A stretch of 50,155 nt of DNA, the filler included, from Sphacelaria rigidula (taxonomy: Eukaryota), in the NCBI GenBank assembly GCA_964200075.2. It is 9 parts of 9 records of this genome, joined end to end, with 100 filler letters (N's around TTAATTAATTAA, not from the genome) between each part and the next. Parts side by side here need not be neighbours in the genome. Positions count along the whole stretch, not along the records: positions 44,673 to 50,155 come from CAXNAA020026952.1; 8 more parts are not named here. One strand, given 5' to 3'. The notes beneath the pieces are model-generated. The model did no database searches. It worked only from the letters and a program-made list of their open reading frames with translations, and had not been told where the DNA came from. Below are positions 47,126 through 50,155 of the stretch, one piece after another; within the stretch, counting starts at the first letter, position 1, and each line of letters opens with the position of its first letter. A program made the position numbers and the translations under genes.

Positions 47126-48075
47126 TGAATCAAGCTTACATGTTTCCCAGCTGTAATTCATTCGGCATGAATCATACGCACATGTCTGCACACGTCGGAC
47201 AGCTCATGAGCGACTTGAAATAGCTAATCAACGAGGGCTCTTAAACCCCTTGTCCGAAAACACAAAACACATGACAGCAGGACCCGAGAAGCCAAAGCGC
47301 TACCTTTTCACTACCCCGCGTGCTCGGCGTCCAGCTCTGTGGGAAGCAAATATGGGAAGGGCGGCCAAGTGAGCTAGCTCATGATCCGTATCAGTGCACT
47401 CCTAATAAGAAGTAATATTCAGGTAGCTCATCAGCTGCCCGACGTGTGCATGTTTGCAATCTACTATTCGCACGGCATGAACCACCATGTGCGCATGCAT
47501 TTCATCTGCTATTCGCACACGATTCGCGCGTACACATTTTCCCACTCGCGATCCGTGCGGGATGAATCAAACTGACATCTTCCCCGCCAGTGATTCGTAC
47601 AAGACCTGTGATTCGCACATATTTTGCACTCTTTATTCGTATGGCGCTATTTGTAGCATACACAGTTTCGTCCGTGATTCGTGCGATGCTACCTCCAACG
47701 CACAACTCTGCACACGCTCGTCGCAATAAACCAATAGATTCAACACTGTCCGCAGACACTTTGGACGAAGTAATTTATTGTTACTGCCCAGGGTATGCAA
47801 CTTTTCCTTCCGCGATTCATACGTGATGGCTCTTCGCCACATGGGCCATTCTAACTTTCATGACAAGCCAACCCGTATGGACTCTGCTTCGTCCGACTGT
47901 TGAAGTGTTCCCCATTCACGAGAGTAGGAGTGCTTGAGTTATGCTCATGTGGATAAGGTATCTTCGGACGCACGCACACTCATCCGTGAAGCCCCCGTCG
48001 GTATGGCGTCGCCTATGACTTACGCTTGTCGCGTGCTGTGCTCTGCCGTATGTGTCTCGGGTGGCCTGCCTCCAG

Positions 48076-48267
48076 ATGCATTGTCGGAAAGGCGTCGGGA
48101 AGGATCACGCCAAGTTTTCCCCCGTAGCGACGGCAAGCTACCGACTCCTTCCGGTTGTGTCCCTCAAAGAAGAGATCGTTGGCGAAGAGGCGGTGGAACT
48201 GGAGAGCTTGTGTCCCGTAAACGTGTTCGACGTGGAGGATCTGCCGGGGGGACAAAAGGGGGCGAAG
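48076..48267 (+). CDS. POLR1C: RNA polymerase I/III shared subunit RPAC1 (AC40), internal exon
   Basis: MHCRKGVGKDHAKFSPVATASYRLLP...CPVNVFDVEDLPGGQKGAK. CCTCCAG acceptor, AAG|GTATGC donor, 192 nt, phase 0-0. Confidence 0.92.
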
Positions 48268-49919
48268 GTATGCTGACCGTGCAGTTTCAGGGAAAGTCTC
48301 GTTGACGTATTCCGCCTGTGGTTTATGCGTAGTGGACCCTCTTATAAAAGAAATTCAAGTTGAATATTATGCAGACGTTGTTAGCATCTCCGCGAGTTGA
48401 AAAGAGATCAGGTCGTGTTACTGTCTGTGGCGGTTTCGCCTGCAGGCGTTGGGTTCAGGTGAGCCCTAGGTACGGTTTTTACTGAGGGATGACCCCGTCG
48501 GCTCGATCGAAAGCGGGAAGCGTGATCCCGTGCATGAACACCCCGGGGTGTCTGTGAGTAATGGAGCAGGCATTTTGAATCTTGAACCATGTAGCGTTCA
48601 CAGGGTCGGTGGTCGAATGTCTACTTCATGGACGAGAGACACGGGGTTCGATTCCCGGCATGATCGATTGAGAGCAGACTTCGCACGTTGAATGGGTAGG
48701 CCTACGTTGGGCTCGGTGCTCCGTATGTATCTGGTGTGTCGAGCCGAGAAGAATCACACACCATATCTGTTGCTCATGAAGCGGCCTACTGTTTCACTGG
48801 CCAAATGCCTGCCTCGTGAACAGTCTACTCCCTACTCTTATACCCCTTTTAACCCTTGGACCGCAGTGCGGGTAGTCCATCTGGATCATGCATACTTTTT
48901 TCGAGTGAAAGTTGATGCCGATTCAGCAGGTGGCCTACTCTCGCGGTCGAAGGGTTAGCTTCCACAAGTGGTGGTTGTAGAGCACGCTTGTGTGTGTGTC
49001 ATAATCAGACTACGGGTTTCGTCCAGGAGGAGGATTCTCCAGCTTGCCTTGTTGGGGGTCGCTGCCGTCGCCCTTGTGCCGAAGGTGCTCGAACTGTTGC
49101 GCATTTTCTATTTGTTTTTGGGCAAGAAGGTGGGCTGACAGGTCGTGCCCACGTGCGCATCTGGTCTGGTAATATCGAACTCACGTTTAGGTGATGCGTC
49201 CGGCTGTCTAAAGACAAAATACCCGAAGTATAGGAGAATAGACGCTCTCGTGCTCGTCCTGCCCCCACGCTTCCGCTGGAGCGGCACCCGCCGTGGCAGT
49301 GATTTCTGTTGATCCTTGGGAGTAATGTGACGTGGTCTTCAACACACACATGCAAAGCGTGGCTTCTACAGTTGTGCGCTCGGGTGAAGACCGCCCGTCG
49401 TACGCTTCATGCGCATATAGGCACATGATTCTCCCGGTCTATTCCCAACGTTTGCATTTATTCTAACGCGGTATATGTGGCGGCGTCATGCTAAACTGGG
49501 TGAAGTCTGTTTTTTAATTGCCCAACCCCGCATAAAGGATAGGGAGTGGATACGAGAGTACCTGAGCGAGCAGGGGTTCATTTCTTGTAGGGGAGGGTGT
49601 TGGTGAAGTCAAAGGCGAACTTCATGCCAGAATCTGACGAGTGCGTGTGTGGAATGCAAGCGCTGTGTACTGAACTATGTCCCATCGTTTTCCTGTCGAA
49701 TAATGAGTGATATACAACACGAGTGGCAGATTTTGTCGTGATACTCGAATCGATGCTGTATACATCGCATGGTACTCTACCACAGTGCAGAAGGGCAGGA
49801 CAGGAATCCGGTTAGTATAAAACCATGATAACTGGAGTCTTTTCCCGACGCATTCCTCCGTCGTGATGTCTAAGCACTGTAACCGCAGCCTCCGTCCCCT
49901 CTCCTTTACTCATTTATTG

Positions 49920-50155
49920 ATTTTTTGTCGCACTTTGAACCCCTCCCCTTCCTGGGGACGAGTCCGTGGTCTCAAGGGATCAACCTATCTCTCACCCGAT
50001 GCATGCCTTGCATTTTGGTCTCGCGGATTGGGTTATGACTATCAGCACTCCCGCACCGTGTCAACTCACGTCAAACAAACTCAGTCGACTACTTTGTTTA
50101 CTCACGTTCTCACGCTTTCCACGGTGGAAATCACATACTACGAAGAAAAAATACG
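49920..50155 (-). mobile_element. SINE family B copy, head cut off by the window end
   Basis: Aligns to 21100-21315. Confidence 0.8.

Overview
This is eukaryotic, repeat-rich, intron-rich DNA, most likely from a brown alga or related stramenopile. That assignment is inferred from spliced GT-AG exons, tRNA-derived SINEs and the transposon content. It is not one locus. Eight identical 100-nt spacers (N44-TTAATTAATTAA-N44) recur exactly every 5584 nt, so the window is nine contigs of 5484/5483 nt, apparently length-sorted and unrelated. The contigs are C1 1-5484, C2 5585-11068, C3 11169-16652, C4 16753-22236, C5 22337-27820, C6 27921-33404, C7 33505-38988, C8 39089-44572 and C9 44673-50155. Recognisable host exons are the 5' part of gatA/QRSL1 (C2, minus), one RPAC1/POLR1C exon (C9, plus) and a probable GT90-type glycosyltransferase exon (C4, minus). 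Most of the rest is mobile DNA. C6 holds a decayed Ty1/Copia pol with a polypurine tract and a probable LTR. Several LINE fragments occur, one of them (C5) hosting a multi-layer nest of DNA-transposon insertions with readable target-site duplications. C7 carries a spliced, decayed DUF7869/Sola-like transposase. There are also two SINE families, foldback hairpins, minisatellites and unexplained intronless decayed ORFs bounded by short repeats. Almost all supplied ORFs are spurious. There is no CRISPR array, rRNA or intact tRNA. All family calls come from motif recognition by eye and need database confirmation.
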